DNA from: Candidatus Gottesmanbacteria bacterium
GTDB taxonomy: Bacteria > Patescibacteriota > Microgenomatia > UBA10105 > UBA927
DNA: 64,000 nucleotides
Direction: 5' to 3'
Assembly (NCBI GenBank): GCA_023245355.1
Contig: JAHFKN010000001.1
Location: forward strand, 75,528-139,527
Positions 1 through 9,413 of this stretch are shown in pieces. The position numbers were made by a program, and so were the translations under genes. The notes beneath the pieces are model-generated. The model saw only the letters and a program-made list of their open reading frames with translations. It was not told the DNA's origin and did no database searches. How positions within the stretch are numbered: the first letter of the stretch is position 1; each line of letters opens with the position of its first letter.

Positions 1-24
1 CTCAGCGGTACGCCTTCCTGCAGA

Positions 25-1011
25 TTAGATCGTGGGGTCTTGTTTCTTTTTCCGGAAGACATAGAGAAGTGCTCCTAGAAGGAGTATAGCACCCCCTATT
101 CCCAAGTTGCGAGCCACGGAAGATTTGGTTTCGGTCGTGGGTGTCTTGACTACTTCTGCACTCGGCGTCGTGTCGCCCAGAGTTTGTCCGCTTGTCCCCG
201 TCGGGCCCATGCTGCCGCTTACTGACGATTGGCCCAAGACACTTCCTCCCGCATTGGTGCCTCCGCTTACCGGGATTGCTCCCTGTGCCGGAGAACCGGT
301 CGGAGTGATAACCGTGATTGTGCTGACGTTGTCGCCGATAAGCGCTGAGCCGTTGCCGGCTGCATCAAATGCCCGCACTGCATAGTAAAACGTTTTGCTG
401 CAGTCAGGCGGCGTATCGGTTACGTTTTTGGCTTCATCGGATCCGATTGAGATGATCTGGATGCGCGATCCGTTATCCGCGTTAAACGGTACGGCATCGG
501 ACCGGTAGAGTTCTGCTTTGACCGTCGCGCCGCTGTCGTTTGCGGTTTTGAAGTGAATGGTATATTCACATGCGTTTGTTTTGTTTTTGCTGTAGTCGCG
601 CAGATCTCCCGGACCGCTTGTGTCGTAGGTCACAGTAGTCGTTTCGTCATCGAAGCTGTCTCCTGTTCCGTCTCCTGCCGTGGCTTCTACTTTGAACGCA
701 TAGGATCCCTCACCGTCATTCATCACGGAATTGTCTACTGCACAATTGCCGCTGTTTCCTCCGTTGGTAAATGTTTGGGCAGATCCGAACTGGGAGAATC
801 CGCCGTCTGACGGGCCTTTCTGGAAACATTTGACCGTGACAGTTCTTCCCTGCAGATCAAGTGCGACAAAACTCACGTTGAAGTTATTCTGATTTATCGG
901 CGATTTGGGCTGCTGGATTCTGACGCTGACATTTTTGGCAGCATATACCCTGCCTGTTACGGCAAGTGCTATCAATCCCGTCATAGTAAGAACGATAAGT
1001 TTTTTAAACAT
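25..1011 (-). CDS. Secreted, C-terminally membrane-anchored surface protein (beta-rich/FN3-like domains, S/T/G linker)
   Basis: Signal peptide MFKKLIVLTMTGLIALAVTGRVYA after GGAGG RBS (start moved to 1011); YYAVRAFDAAGN FN3-like strand; C-terminal TM plus RKKK; overlaps stop of upstream giant gene. Confidence 0.7.
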   Translation of the reverse strand: MFKKLIVLTMTGLIALAVTGRVYAAKNVSVRIQQPKSPINQNNFNVSFVALDLQGRTVTVKCFQKGPSDGGFSQFGSAQTFTNGGNSGNCAVDNSVMNDGEGSYAFKVEATAGDGTGDSFDDETTTVTYDTSGPGDLRDYSKNKTNACEYTIHFKTANDSGATVKAELYRSDAVPFNADNGSRIQIISIGSDEAKNVTDTPPDCSKTFYYAVRAFDAAGNGSALIGDNVSTITVITPTGSPAQGAIPVSGGTNAGGSVLGQSSVSGSMGPTGTSGQTLGDTTPSAEVVKTPTTETKSSVARNLGIGGAILLLGALLYVFRKKKQDPTI

Positions 1012-4000
1012 GGAGCCTCCGTGCATATTTCCCGGCAGTTATTAATCCGATACCCATAAGGAACAGTAAGGCAGCAAAGGTAAGCCATGCCTCATCCGCA
1101 CCGGTTGCGGGAAGTTCGGTAGATGCTCCCAATACTTCGCCGGTTGTCGGATTCAGTGTGGCGCCGTTTTGCGTGCTCTTGACTACATTTACGCCGGTGC
1201 CTACGTGATTCGTTTCATCAATATATCCTGGGCTTACCGCAAGTGCGACTACGTCGTTGCCGTCGTTGACTGCACAGTTTGTTTCGAACTTGCATCCGTA
1301 TGCCCATGCCAGATCCTTGTACAATCCCGGCTTCTGGTCGACACTTATGTCGGCGATGTAGGTAAGGGTGACCTTCTCGTTCATGACCATATCTCCGAGG
1401 TTCCACACGCCCGGTGAATGATAGGTGGGTTCCGTCGTGATTCCGAGTGTCTTTAGGTCGCCGCGTGCCGTTGAATTGCTTGTCCATGAGCCTGCGCGGT
1501 ACGTAAACCCTCCGGCCGGCAGGTCGGTCACTACTACGTTGTATGCGGCACTCTGGGTTGCGGTAACCGTAAGGGTAAACAGCACGCTGTCTCCTGGTGC
1601 TTTATCTCCCGCTGCGTTGTTTTCTTTGGTAATCGTCAGAACCGGATTTAAGCGGTGATTTCCGACGACACAGCGCTGCGTTTCTCCCGGGGAAAGCGTA
1701 AATGTCCCGGTATCTGTAGTATCGTCTGCCGAATCATCAGCAAAGAAGTCTTCGTTTCTTCCGCAGCTTAGCTGTGTCTGCTCCCAGCCTTTTTGCAGAT
1801 TCTCGGTAAGCGTATACCGGCCGGCAAGCAGATTTTCAAATATGGCCTGCCCGTCATCATTGGTTGTTTCCTGTTCTTCGTCGCCGTTTAGATTCATTGT
1901 CCAGCCGGAAAGCACGTCTTCTCCTTCATCCCGGACTTTATTTCCGTTTTCATCGTTATATTTCGTCACGATGACCGTACCCCGTTTGGTATTGGTAAAC
2001 GTGCATGTGATCACTTCGCCGGCAGACAAATCCAATTCTCCGGCGACTTCTTGGTCTTCATGTGAACTTTGGCAGGACACATCGGTAAGATCCCATCCTG
2101 TTGGTACTGTTTCGGATACGGAATACCCTCCGGGCAATAAGGATTGGTCATTCGGTTCGTCCATATCTGCCAAATCGAAATTTTCGTAACCTTCCCCTGT
2201 TGCCGTAAATTCAAAGGATGTCAGATCTTCACTCGGGTCGGTTATTTTGTCTACGATGATGCGTCCGCGCTGCGTGTTGGTGAATACGCAGGTAATCGTC
2301 TCTCCCGGGTTGAGATGGAGGCTGTCAGCTGATTCCGAATCTTCGTTTGAACTCGTACACACCGTATTGGTGAGTGTCCAGCCGGACGGCTCCGTTTCCG
2401 ACACGCTGTAGGTTCCGGGAGTCAGGTATCCGCTGTCGTTTTGTCCGCCGTCTGCCAGTACAAATCCGCTTTCGTCATAGCTAGCTGCAAAGTTAAATTC
2501 CTTTTTGCTGCCGTCAGGATCGGTTTGTTTTTCCACAATAATCCGCCCTTGTTCATAATTTCCGATGGAACACGTGGTCGTTTGTCCGGCAGTTACCGTA
2601 ACAGGATGGCTGTTATCATTGTCTGTCGCCGTTTCACTTCCACAGGAGATATTCGATTGAAGCCAGCCTTCATTGATCTGCTCGCTTAATGTATAGGTAC
2701 CGGGAGTAAGATCACTGAACGTTACCTGGCCGTTTACGCTTGCGCCGGTAAACTGTGACATCTTATCCAAATGGATTTCCCATGAATTCAGCACCTCGTC
2801 ACCGGCATCTTTGGTGCCGTCCATATTATGGTCGTAGTATTTGATCACCGTGACATGACCGCGTTTGGTATTGGTTATCTCACAGGTTTTTGTTTCCCCT
2901 GCAGCGACGGCAACATCTGAACAAGTATTGCTCGTTTCATCCCAGTTACCGGGTACGGTTTCGCTTACGGAATAGGTGCCCGGAGTGACTTCGTAATTTT
3001 TGTCAGTATCGTCGCTTATAGATCCTGCTCCACCGCCGGTGATTGTGCCGGTGCCGGTAGCCAGAATACTGAATACATTGGCGTCATCTGCCGGAATAGT
3101 CGTTTTTTGTACAATGAGATGTCCGCGCTGCGTGTTGGTAAACGTGCACGTTACGGTTTCCCCCGCTGACAGACTGATAGCGTTTGGATTGCTTTGGTCG
3201 GAACAGCTGGTATCGGTGAGATCCCATCCTGTTACACCGGTTTCCGCGATACTGTATGTGCCTGGCATAAGATATCCGCTGTCATTTGTATGCCCGTCGG
3301 TTAATGAAAATCCGTTTGCATCATAGTCAGCTGTAAAGCCGAAACTCTGGGCACTTCCGTCGGGAAGCGTTTGCTTCTCTACAATAATTTTCCCCATATG
3401 CGTATTTACGAATGTATGGGAGTAGGTGTGCCCGTTTTCCAGCGTGCCGAAATCATGCGATGTGTCGCCAAGATGCTGCCAGCCTGTCTGTGATTCTTCC
3501 TGTGTGCTGTAACTTCCCGGGGAAAGATTGGTCCATGTGTAGCAGCCGTCTCTTCCGGTGACCTGCGCGTTGTCATACATCTGGCTGTTTTTCAGAAGAT
3601 CTACCTGCCATCCACTGACCGGTGTGCGGTCCGTGGTTGTGGTGAGACTGCCGTCGGCATCTTCCACTTTACACACGGTAACAGACATATTTTCGAAATT
3701 GGCGAAATTGATTTCCTTTGATTCCCCGCTTTGCACCGCAAACGGTGTAGGAGTCGGCGTCGGGCCGATGGTCTGTGTCCAGCCCGGTTTGAGCTGTTCC
3801 AAGACATAGTACGTTTTGTTTACGACAAGTCCCGTGAATTCATAATACCCGTCGGTCAATGTCGTATACGTTCCGAGTACGGCATGTGTCGTACCGTCAT
3901 ACAGATCAAATACCCACCCTGCAAGAGTCGCGTTAAGGTCATCTGCATCTAACGTGCCGTCTCCGTCGTTGTCACGGTATTTTACTCCGTAGATTTTGGC

Positions 4001-7000
4001 ATACCGCGTATTACCGAAATCTTTGCCGGTGTAGCTGCCGCCGCTTGTCACATCTACCTGATGATTCGGAGAGTTGCCCCCCGGAGACGTCTGGTACCAG
4101 ACCTTCGTATCGGGAATCGTTTCACTAATCGTGTAGGTGCCTGCCTGGCAGACTTTGAACGAGTATGCGCCATTTGCGTCCGTTACATCGCTCGCTACGG
4201 TGCCGTTTAAGTTGATTGTCCAGTTAGGAAGGGCGGGTTCACCGGCGTCTTTTACTCCGTCACCATCCAGGTCTTCCCATTTCATGCCGCTGATTGTCGC
4301 ACAGGCAAAGTTACCGAAATATACGATTTCATTTTGGCTTGATGTAAGCGTGACATTTTGTGATAAGAGCGTTGTATTGGACCAGTCAGTTTTGAGTGTT
4401 TCGGCTACGCTATACTGACCGGGAGACAGATTTGTAAATGTCGTACAGCCGTCACCACTGGTTGTTTGTGTGACATTTCCCGGGGTAAGCGTCATGCTCC
4501 AGTCATTCAGGAATGATTCAGATCCTTCCTTGGCTCCGTTTCCGTTGTGGTCATTATACTTACACGCTTCGATGCTGCGGAGTTTGGTGTTGGTAAAGGT
4601 ACAGGTCACGGTTTCCCCCGCTCCCACATCCAGATTGTCTGGTGTTTCACCGTTGTCGCACACGCCTCCGTCTGACGACCAGCCGGCAAGTGCGGTTTCG
4701 CTGACGGTATAGGCGCCCGGTACGACGACCTGATCATTTGATCCACCGTTTGCCAATGAAAATCCGGTATATCCTGCGCCAGTCGTCTCAAAGGTAAATG
4801 TATCGTCTGCTCCTGAAGTAATTTTCTTTACGATAATGTGACCCTTTTGGGTATTGGTGATGGTACAGGTTGAGCTTCCTCCGGCTGCGACTACGACATT
4901 AGTACATGTGTTGGAAGTTTCGGTCCAGCCCGTCGGTACAGTTTCGGTGACTGAATAGGTTCCTGCGGTTACTTCATAGTTTTGATCGGTGCTGTCAGTA
5001 ATGCTTCCTGCACCCCCGCCGGTGATCGTGCCCGTGCCGGTTGCATTTATGGTAAATGACTGTTGGCTTCCTGCCGGTACTGTAGTTTTTTGTACGATCA
5101 GATGACCATTTTGCTGAGTGTTGGTGAAGGTACAGGTTATAACTTCTCCCTCTGTTACCGATAATGTGGCTGTCCGCGTTCCAATATTAACGCTGCCGTT
5201 GGCGTCATCACAGGTAAGATTTGTAAGTGACCAGCCGCTTACTGTATTTTCTGTAATTGTTTTTGTATCTCCGTTATTAGCTGTAAAGGACGTTATAGTA
5301 AATACTTTTGTGTTTGAGAGCGTACTGTCAGAATCATCGTCAAGGGAAAAGTTCGATAATTCTGTTCCCGTCGTGGTAAAAGCAAAATCCTGAGCGTCGT
5401 TCGGAACTGCGTCTTTGACAATTGTGATCGTTGCAGGGTAAATGACAGCTTCAGACGCAAGAGACCTGTCCTGATTTCCGCCAGAGCCGTCCAAACCGCG
5501 CAGTCTCATGTGGTATGGAGATCCTGATATGGAGATGGCCGAGTTATTGGCTCCCCAATCGCTCCGGGTAGCTATATGACCACCCCATGCCAATACAGGA
5601 TTTGCAACAGACGGCGTAAATGTGATGGTGATTTGTGTCTCACTGTCACCGGTGTAAGGTGCTACTAAATTGTAAGCAGACACACCTGTAATCGTGCCTC
5701 CGAATAATGAGAAATTACCCGGAATTTGAGTGCCTGTCCAATTAGCGTCTGCCGGAATATTCGGATCAGCTGGAATAGGAAATGTGCTAGCAGGTCCGGA
5801 ACATCCTGATATACCTGAACACGGATCCGTTGTTTCAGTGCGGTCGTAGCTTGTCAGGTAATCAAGTGCATGTTTTCCTGCTTTTGTGGTATCCCAACCG
5901 ATAGTTACTGTATGAGAGGAGAGCGGCAGGTTGCCGAATTTCATACGATATGCGACCGAGTCTCCTTCAAAATAATCTGCTTGGTTGCCGTTCAAATTTC
6001 CGTTCTGCCAACCCATAGGGGCTTCATTTCCCCACTGATCAAGATCGGCGGAGGGATTACCTGAGGGTGAATTTGATACGGTAATAGCGCTAGTAAGCAC
6101 CAGAGCTGAGCTTGCACCATCAGTACACACGTTATCTTTAAAAGCCTGCACGGTTAAATCGTACGTTCCTAGAGTGTTAGGAGATGTAATATTAAAAGTT
6201 TCAGAGTAAGTGCCTGTTGAGGTGTGATCGTTATGATTTTTGCAACTAGTTGTTCCATTAATTGTCCAGGATGTTGCCTTCCAGTCATTATCAGTTCCGC
6301 TTCCTGAGGTTGTTACAGAAATCGCCATCGATACATTAGTAGACGGCGCGACGGTAACAGGTGTTCCTGAGGAGCTGGGGGATGGCGGAGTCCAGCTGGT
6401 TCCCCCATCTAAAGAGACAGAATCAATCGTTCGGCTATCGGTAAAAGTTGTAGTGGCGATTGCTTGACCGAGGTGATTTGTCACGACAACCTTGTAGTTG
6501 GGGCGGTAGATTCCGTCGAGTTGGTATGCGTACACAAATGCCCCGTGTGCGTCTGTCGTAATGGTATCGGTTGTTGAGGTTGCCGGTTCATCCGTGGAAC
6601 TTACAGTGATGTTGTAGCTGTGATTCGGTTTGAATCCCGTGCCGGTAATGATAGCCGTATCTGTGGGTGCATAATCCGCTTTGTCGGTTGTGAGTGACGC
6701 GCTGTTGGAAGGATCTATGTTATCCAGGTTCAGTGAGTTTGCTTCCACATTCTGCAATACAACAGCCTGCAGTTGCCCGTCTTCGGTAGGTTCCGGTGTA
6801 ACGGTCGGTGAGGGCGTAGCCGTAACGGAAGCGCCATCCAGAATCTGCCCCTGCTCCGGCGGTCCGGTTTCTTTCGGCGGTTCATTTGTTGTCGTTGCTG
6901 GCGTCGTTGTCTGGTCAGTCGGAGCCGGAGTAACTTCTTCTGTCGGTGTTGCAGTGGGTGTGGCGTCAGGTGTTGTTGTCGGAGTTACATCAATTGTTGG

Positions 7001-7243
7001 GGTAGGAGTTACAGTCTCTGTCGGAGCCGGTGTAACTTCTTCTGTCGGTGTTGCAGTGGGTGTGGCGTCAGGTGTTGTTGTGATTGTCGGATCCGGTGTC
7101 GGAACAGGAGTTACGGTAGGTGTTGCTTCCTGTGCAAATACTTGTGGGGTGAGATATTGAAAAACCGGAAGAATTGGTTGAATCAGCATGAGGATGCTGC
7201 TCAACACCGCAAAAATTTTATTCGCCCGTCTCAGGGTTTTCAT
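1004..7243 (-). CDS. Giant surface adhesin-like protein (P/T-rich stalk, repeated Ig-like/SdrD-B-like modules, DUF11-like module, LPATG sorting signal)
   Basis: 2079-aa ORF; signal peptide; many GxIxVxK...GTYSVSET...TCTFTN modules; WEDLDGDGVKDAGE Ca-loops; ends LPATG-TM-KYARR. Confidence 0.8.
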   Translation of the reverse strand: MKTLRRANKIFAVLSSILMLIQPILPVFQYLTPQVFAQEATPTVTPVPTPDPTITTTPDATPTATPTEEVTPAPTETVTPTPTIDVTPTTTPDATPTATPTEEVTPAPTDQTTTPATTTNEPPKETGPPEQGQILDGASVTATPSPTVTPEPTEDGQLQAVVLQNVEANSLNLDNIDPSNSASLTTDKADYAPTDTAIITGTGFKPNHSYNITVSSTDEPATSTTDTITTDAHGAFVYAYQLDGIYRPNYKVVVTNHLGQAIATTTFTDSRTIDSVSLDGGTSWTPPSPSSSGTPVTVAPSTNVSMAISVTTSGSGTDNDWKATSWTINGTTSCKNHNDHTSTGTYSETFNITSPNTLGTYDLTVQAFKDNVCTDGASSALVLTSAITVSNSPSGNPSADLDQWGNEAPMGWQNGNLNGNQADYFEGDSVAYRMKFGNLPLSSHTVTIGWDTTKAGKHALDYLTSYDRTETTDPCSGISGCSGPASTFPIPADPNIPADANWTGTQIPGNFSLFGGTITGVSAYNLVAPYTGDSETQITITFTPSVANPVLAWGGHIATRSDWGANNSAISISGSPYHMRLRGLDGSGGNQDRSLASEAVIYPATITIVKDAVPNDAQDFAFTTTGTELSNFSLDDDSDSTLSNTKVFTITSFTANNGDTKTITENTVSGWSLTNLTCDDANGSVNIGTRTATLSVTEGEVITCTFTNTQQNGHLIVQKTTVPAGSQQSFTINATGTGTITGGGAGSITDSTDQNYEVTAGTYSVTETVPTGWTETSNTCTNVVVAAGGSSTCTITNTQKGHIIVKKITSGADDTFTFETTGAGYTGFSLANGGSNDQVVVPGAYTVSETALAGWSSDGGVCDNGETPDNLDVGAGETVTCTFTNTKLRSIEACKYNDHNGNGAKEGSESFLNDWSMTLTPGNVTQTTSGDGCTTFTNLSPGQYSVAETLKTDWSNTTLLSQNVTLTSSQNEIVYFGNFACATISGMKWEDLDGDGVKDAGEPALPNWTINLNGTVASDVTDANGAYSFKVCQAGTYTISETIPDTKVWYQTSPGGNSPNHQVDVTSGGSYTGKDFGNTRYAKIYGVKYRDNDGDGTLDADDLNATLAGWVFDLYDGTTHAVLGTYTTLTDGYYEFTGLVVNKTYYVLEQLKPGWTQTIGPTPTPTPFAVQSGESKEINFANFENMSVTVCKVEDADGSLTTTTDRTPVSGWQVDLLKNSQMYDNAQVTGRDGCYTWTNLSPGSYSTQEESQTGWQHLGDTSHDFGTLENGHTYSHTFVNTHMGKIIVEKQTLPDGSAQSFGFTADYDANGFSLTDGHTNDSGYLMPGTYSIAETGVTGWDLTDTSCSDQSNPNAISLSAGETVTCTFTNTQRGHLIVQKTTIPADDANVFSILATGTGTITGGGAGSISDDTDKNYEVTPGTYSVSETVPGNWDETSNTCSDVAVAAGETKTCEITNTKRGHVTVIKYYDHNMDGTKDAGDEVLNSWEIHLDKMSQFTGASVNGQVTFSDLTPGTYTLSEQINEGWLQSNISCGSETATDNDNSHPVTVTAGQTTTCSIGNYEQGRIIVEKQTDPDGSKKEFNFAASYDESGFVLADGGQNDSGYLTPGTYSVSETEPSGWTLTNTVCTSSNEDSESADSLHLNPGETITCVFTNTQRGRIIVDKITDPSEDLTSFEFTATGEGYENFDLADMDEPNDQSLLPGGYSVSETVPTGWDLTDVSCQSSHEDQEVAGELDLSAGEVITCTFTNTKRGTVIVTKYNDENGNKVRDEGEDVLSGWTMNLNGDEEQETTNDDGQAIFENLLAGRYTLTENLQKGWEQTQLSCGRNEDFFADDSADDTTDTGTFTLSPGETQRCVVGNHRLNPVLTITKENNAAGDKAPGDSVLFTLTVTATQSAAYNVVVTDLPAGGFTYRAGSWTSNSTARGDLKTLGITTEPTYHSPGVWNLGDMVMNEKVTLTYIADISVDQKPGLYKDLAWAYGCKFETNCAVNDGNDVVALAVSPGYIDETNHVGTGVNVVKSTQNGATLNPTTGEVLGASTELPATGADEAWLTFAALLFLMGIGLITAGKYARRLHV
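6918..7081. repeat. 62-bp intragenic direct repeat encoding TTTPDATPTATPTEEVTPAPT
   Basis: 6918-6979 vs 7020-7081, one mismatch. Confidence 0.9.
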
Positions 7244-7393
7244 GAAATAAATTCGACCGCCTGCAATTATTTTGTATTATACAACCCTATAGCAAACTTT
7301 GTCAATGAATTAGTAATATATCTTACAATATGACTAATGGCGCTACTACGCCACAAACTAGAATTAATGTCGTATTACCTGATTATACCTGTG

Positions 7394-7447
7394 TGGATCG
7401 TGTAGGATTTGAACCTACGACATGTCCGATCCAATCGGACCGCTCTA
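7394..7447 (-). pseudogene. 3' fragment of a tRNA-Val-like gene with palindromic anticodon arm
   Basis: TAGAGC G GTCCGATTGGATCGGAC ATGTC GTAGG TTCAAAT CCTAC ACGATCC A; lacks 5' acceptor strand and most of D arm. Confidence 0.85.
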
Positions 7448-7454
7448 TCGGAAG

Positions 7455-7526
7455 TGGTCGGTGCAGGATTTGAACCTGCGACATCTGCAATGTGAATGCA
7501 GCGCTCTACCGCTGAGCTAACCGACC
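7455..7526 (-). tRNA. tRNA-Val(CAC)
   Basis: Acceptor GGTCGGT/ACCGACC, anticodon arm CTGCA-TTCACAT-TGCAG, T-loop TTCAAAT. Confidence 0.95.
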
Positions 7527-7765
7527 CGAATTAACTCTTCAATGACTTTCCTGCTTTTTAATTTCTTTAGCTTACGCTCTTCTCTCTTAGCCTCAACAAT
7601 ATTTTCAAATTCCTTACTATATTTGATTATCCAAGGCCTGGTTGTTCGTGTGTATGGACTCTTGCCGTCGTTATGCTCTTTCAGCCTTCGTGTCAAATCG
7701 GTTGTTGAACCAATATAAAATCTATTATTTTTTGCGCTCTGTAAAATATACAGATAGCCTTTCAT
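7517..7765 (-). CDS. Small GIY-YIG family endonuclease
   Basis: YLYILQS...FYIGST.DL.RRLKEHN...T...RPW...E...A..EER.LK; stop codon lies inside tRNA-Val. Confidence 0.9.
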   Translation of the reverse strand: MKGYLYILQSAKNNRFYIGSTTDLTRRLKEHNDGKSPYTRTTRPWIIKYSKEFENIVEAKREERKLKKLKSRKVIEELIRVG

Positions 7766-7772
7766 GAAAATT

Positions 7773-7822
7773 TACGACATGTCCGATCCAATCGGACCGC
7801 TCTACCGCTGAGCTAACGATCC
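7773..7822 (-). pseudogene. 5' fragment of the same tRNA-Val-like gene
   Basis: GGATCGT TA GCTC AGCGGTA GAGC G GTCCGATTGGATCGGAC ATGTC GTA, broken in T stem; 7773-7804 identical to 7416-7447. Confidence 0.85.
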
Positions 7823-7839
7823 TTTAAGGAATCATCATT

Positions 7840-7868
7840 ATTATATACAGCTTACTGTGATGGGACAA
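7840..7868 (-). promoter_or_regulatory. Sigma70-type promoter for the tRNA-fragment/GIY-YIG/tRNA-Val unit
   Basis: TTGTCC-N17-TATAAT. Confidence 0.6.
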
Positions 7869-7886
7869 TAGTAAGGTATCCGCCCG

Positions 7887-8480
7887 TTAGCCGGCTGAAG
7901 TTGCCAGTGACCGTTCGTTGGAGAGGCCGAATGTTGTGCCGTGTTTCTTGAACATACCCCAGTACCCCATTTTCTTTTTTCGGGTGTTAAATGAGGCAAG
8001 CCATGTGCGGCTGTCCTCAACCTGTTCGCGGAGCACCTTGATAAATGTGCGCAACTGTTCGTAGAAGTTGAGGTGATACACGCCGGGATTTACCACTTCC
8101 TGGTTTACTGCACTCTGTACTTCCTGGTTCAGGTTCCGCAGGGAAGCAATAAGCGCCTTGAGTTCCGTGCGTATCATTTCCAGCTGCTGGCGTGTTTCCA
8201 TATCGATTTTTTCCGCATTCGGTTTGTGCTGCACTTCCGTGCGGACAGGAGCCTGAGCGACCGGCTCCGGGGTCTTTTCTCCGAATTCGATTGTCTGGTT
8301 GGGCTGCAGTTCACCGGATTTCGGCATGCCTCCAAGAAGTGAGGATACGATGTCTGTACCGATTTTGCCGAATTCTGCTACCGTGTTGGATCCCACGCTG
8401 GTAGGTACGGAACCTAACGCTTCGAGCACGTTATCGTTCTTGTAGTGCGTCGCTTTCTTTTTCGCGGAGGCTTGTATCAT
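7887..8480 (-). CDS. Conserved hypothetical protein (DUF5660-like)
   Basis: 197 aa; C-terminal PGVYHLNF...WL...RKKK.GYWG..KKHGT.F.LS.ER motif recalled from CPR proteins. Confidence 0.55.
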   Translation of the reverse strand: MIQASAKKKATHYKNDNVLEALGSVPTSVGSNTVAEFGKIGTDIVSSLLGGMPKSGELQPNQTIEFGEKTPEPVAQAPVRTEVQHKPNAEKIDMETRQQLEMIRTELKALIASLRNLNQEVQSAVNQEVVNPGVYHLNFYEQLRTFIKVLREQVEDSRTWLASFNTRKKKMGYWGMFKKHGTTFGLSNERSLATSAG

Positions 8481-8519
8481 AGCGCCTGCATTATACTACA
8501 GGGCAGCCTATTTGCAAAT

Positions 8520-9368
8520 TTACGCCATGAGCGTATCCAGCGTCTTCTGACGCCTGATAAGGCTGGTCAGATAGTAGCGCTGATTCTCCAGATTCTTGCG
8601 TTCTTCTTCGGTTTTTGCTCCCCGGATCACTTTGGTGACTTCCTCTTCACTGGCCACGACCTGTTCTTTCTCGGAGATAGCTTCGAGCGCAAATTCCAGC
8701 GTCAGATTTTTGGCAGCCATCGACTTATATTCTTCACGGATGGAATCGGCAGTTTTTCCGGTAGAACCCAGATATTGGTCTACGGTAAGGCCTAATTTTT
8801 TGGTCTGATCAACCAGCAGCGAAAGCTGGTGCGTGACTTCGTGTTCCAGAAGAATTTCCGGAATATTTGCATCTACGGCAGTCAGCAGCCGTTCGAGTAC
8901 CTCGTCTACTGTCGGTCCTTTGGGCTTTTCCTCGGACGGATTGTCTTTGCCTGGAACGAATATTTTTTTCGTTTTTTCCGCCTTGAGGTCACTGATCGCT
9001 TTTTTGTAATCCTTGAGCGTTACGTTCGGCCGCTCACAGGTTTTGGCGGAAATGACCCAGTCTTTACCTTCCTGTGCATCTTTAAGTTCTACCTGCGGCA
9101 TCAGGATCGGTGCGATTTTGTGTTCCTGCACGGCATCTGTATAGGCTTTAGGTACCAGACGCTTAATCGTTTCTTCGTAGGTTTTCGTTTTGTCGATATT
9201 TTCTTCCACCATCTGCTTGGGCGCTTTGCCTTTTCGGAATCCTGCAATTTCTGCATTGCTTGCCGTTTCCGTTACGACGGTTTTATAGGTGTTCTGGATA
9301 TCAGCCCAGGGAATCGTTATCGTAAACTCTATCGTACCGTCGGGAGAGGTCGTCATTGTATTTTTCAT
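8520..9368 (-). CDS. tig: Trigger factor, short form apparently lacking the FKBP domain
   Basis: GFRKGKAP ribosome-binding signature; C-terminal helical chaperone domain; 282 aa. Confidence 0.85.
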   Translation of the reverse strand: MKNTMTTSPDGTIEFTITIPWADIQNTYKTVVTETASNAEIAGFRKGKAPKQMVEENIDKTKTYEETIKRLVPKAYTDAVQEHKIAPILMPQVELKDAQEGKDWVISAKTCERPNVTLKDYKKAISDLKAEKTKKIFVPGKDNPSEEKPKGPTVDEVLERLLTAVDANIPEILLEHEVTHQLSLLVDQTKKLGLTVDQYLGSTGKTADSIREEYKSMAAKNLTLEFALEAISEKEQVVASEEEVTKVIRGAKTEEERKNLENQRYYLTSLIRRQKTLDTLMA

Positions 9369-9413
9369 ACACGAAAGTGTACCACAGGCACGTATATTGC
9401 TGCAAAGGGGACA

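Noticed and set aside
6918-7081. CRISPR-like repeat
   Set aside because: Two copies only, in-frame coding repeat, no cas genes.
7448-7772. Group I intron with homing endonuclease in a tRNA
   Set aside because: The ORF and a tRNA fill the insert, no ribozyme core is visible, and introns do not duplicate 32 bp.
7394-7822. Functional tRNA-Pro(TGG)
   Set aside because: Split gene, Val-like body without the C1-G72 pair, non-canonical loop; a genuine tRNA-Pro(TGG) is at 18657.
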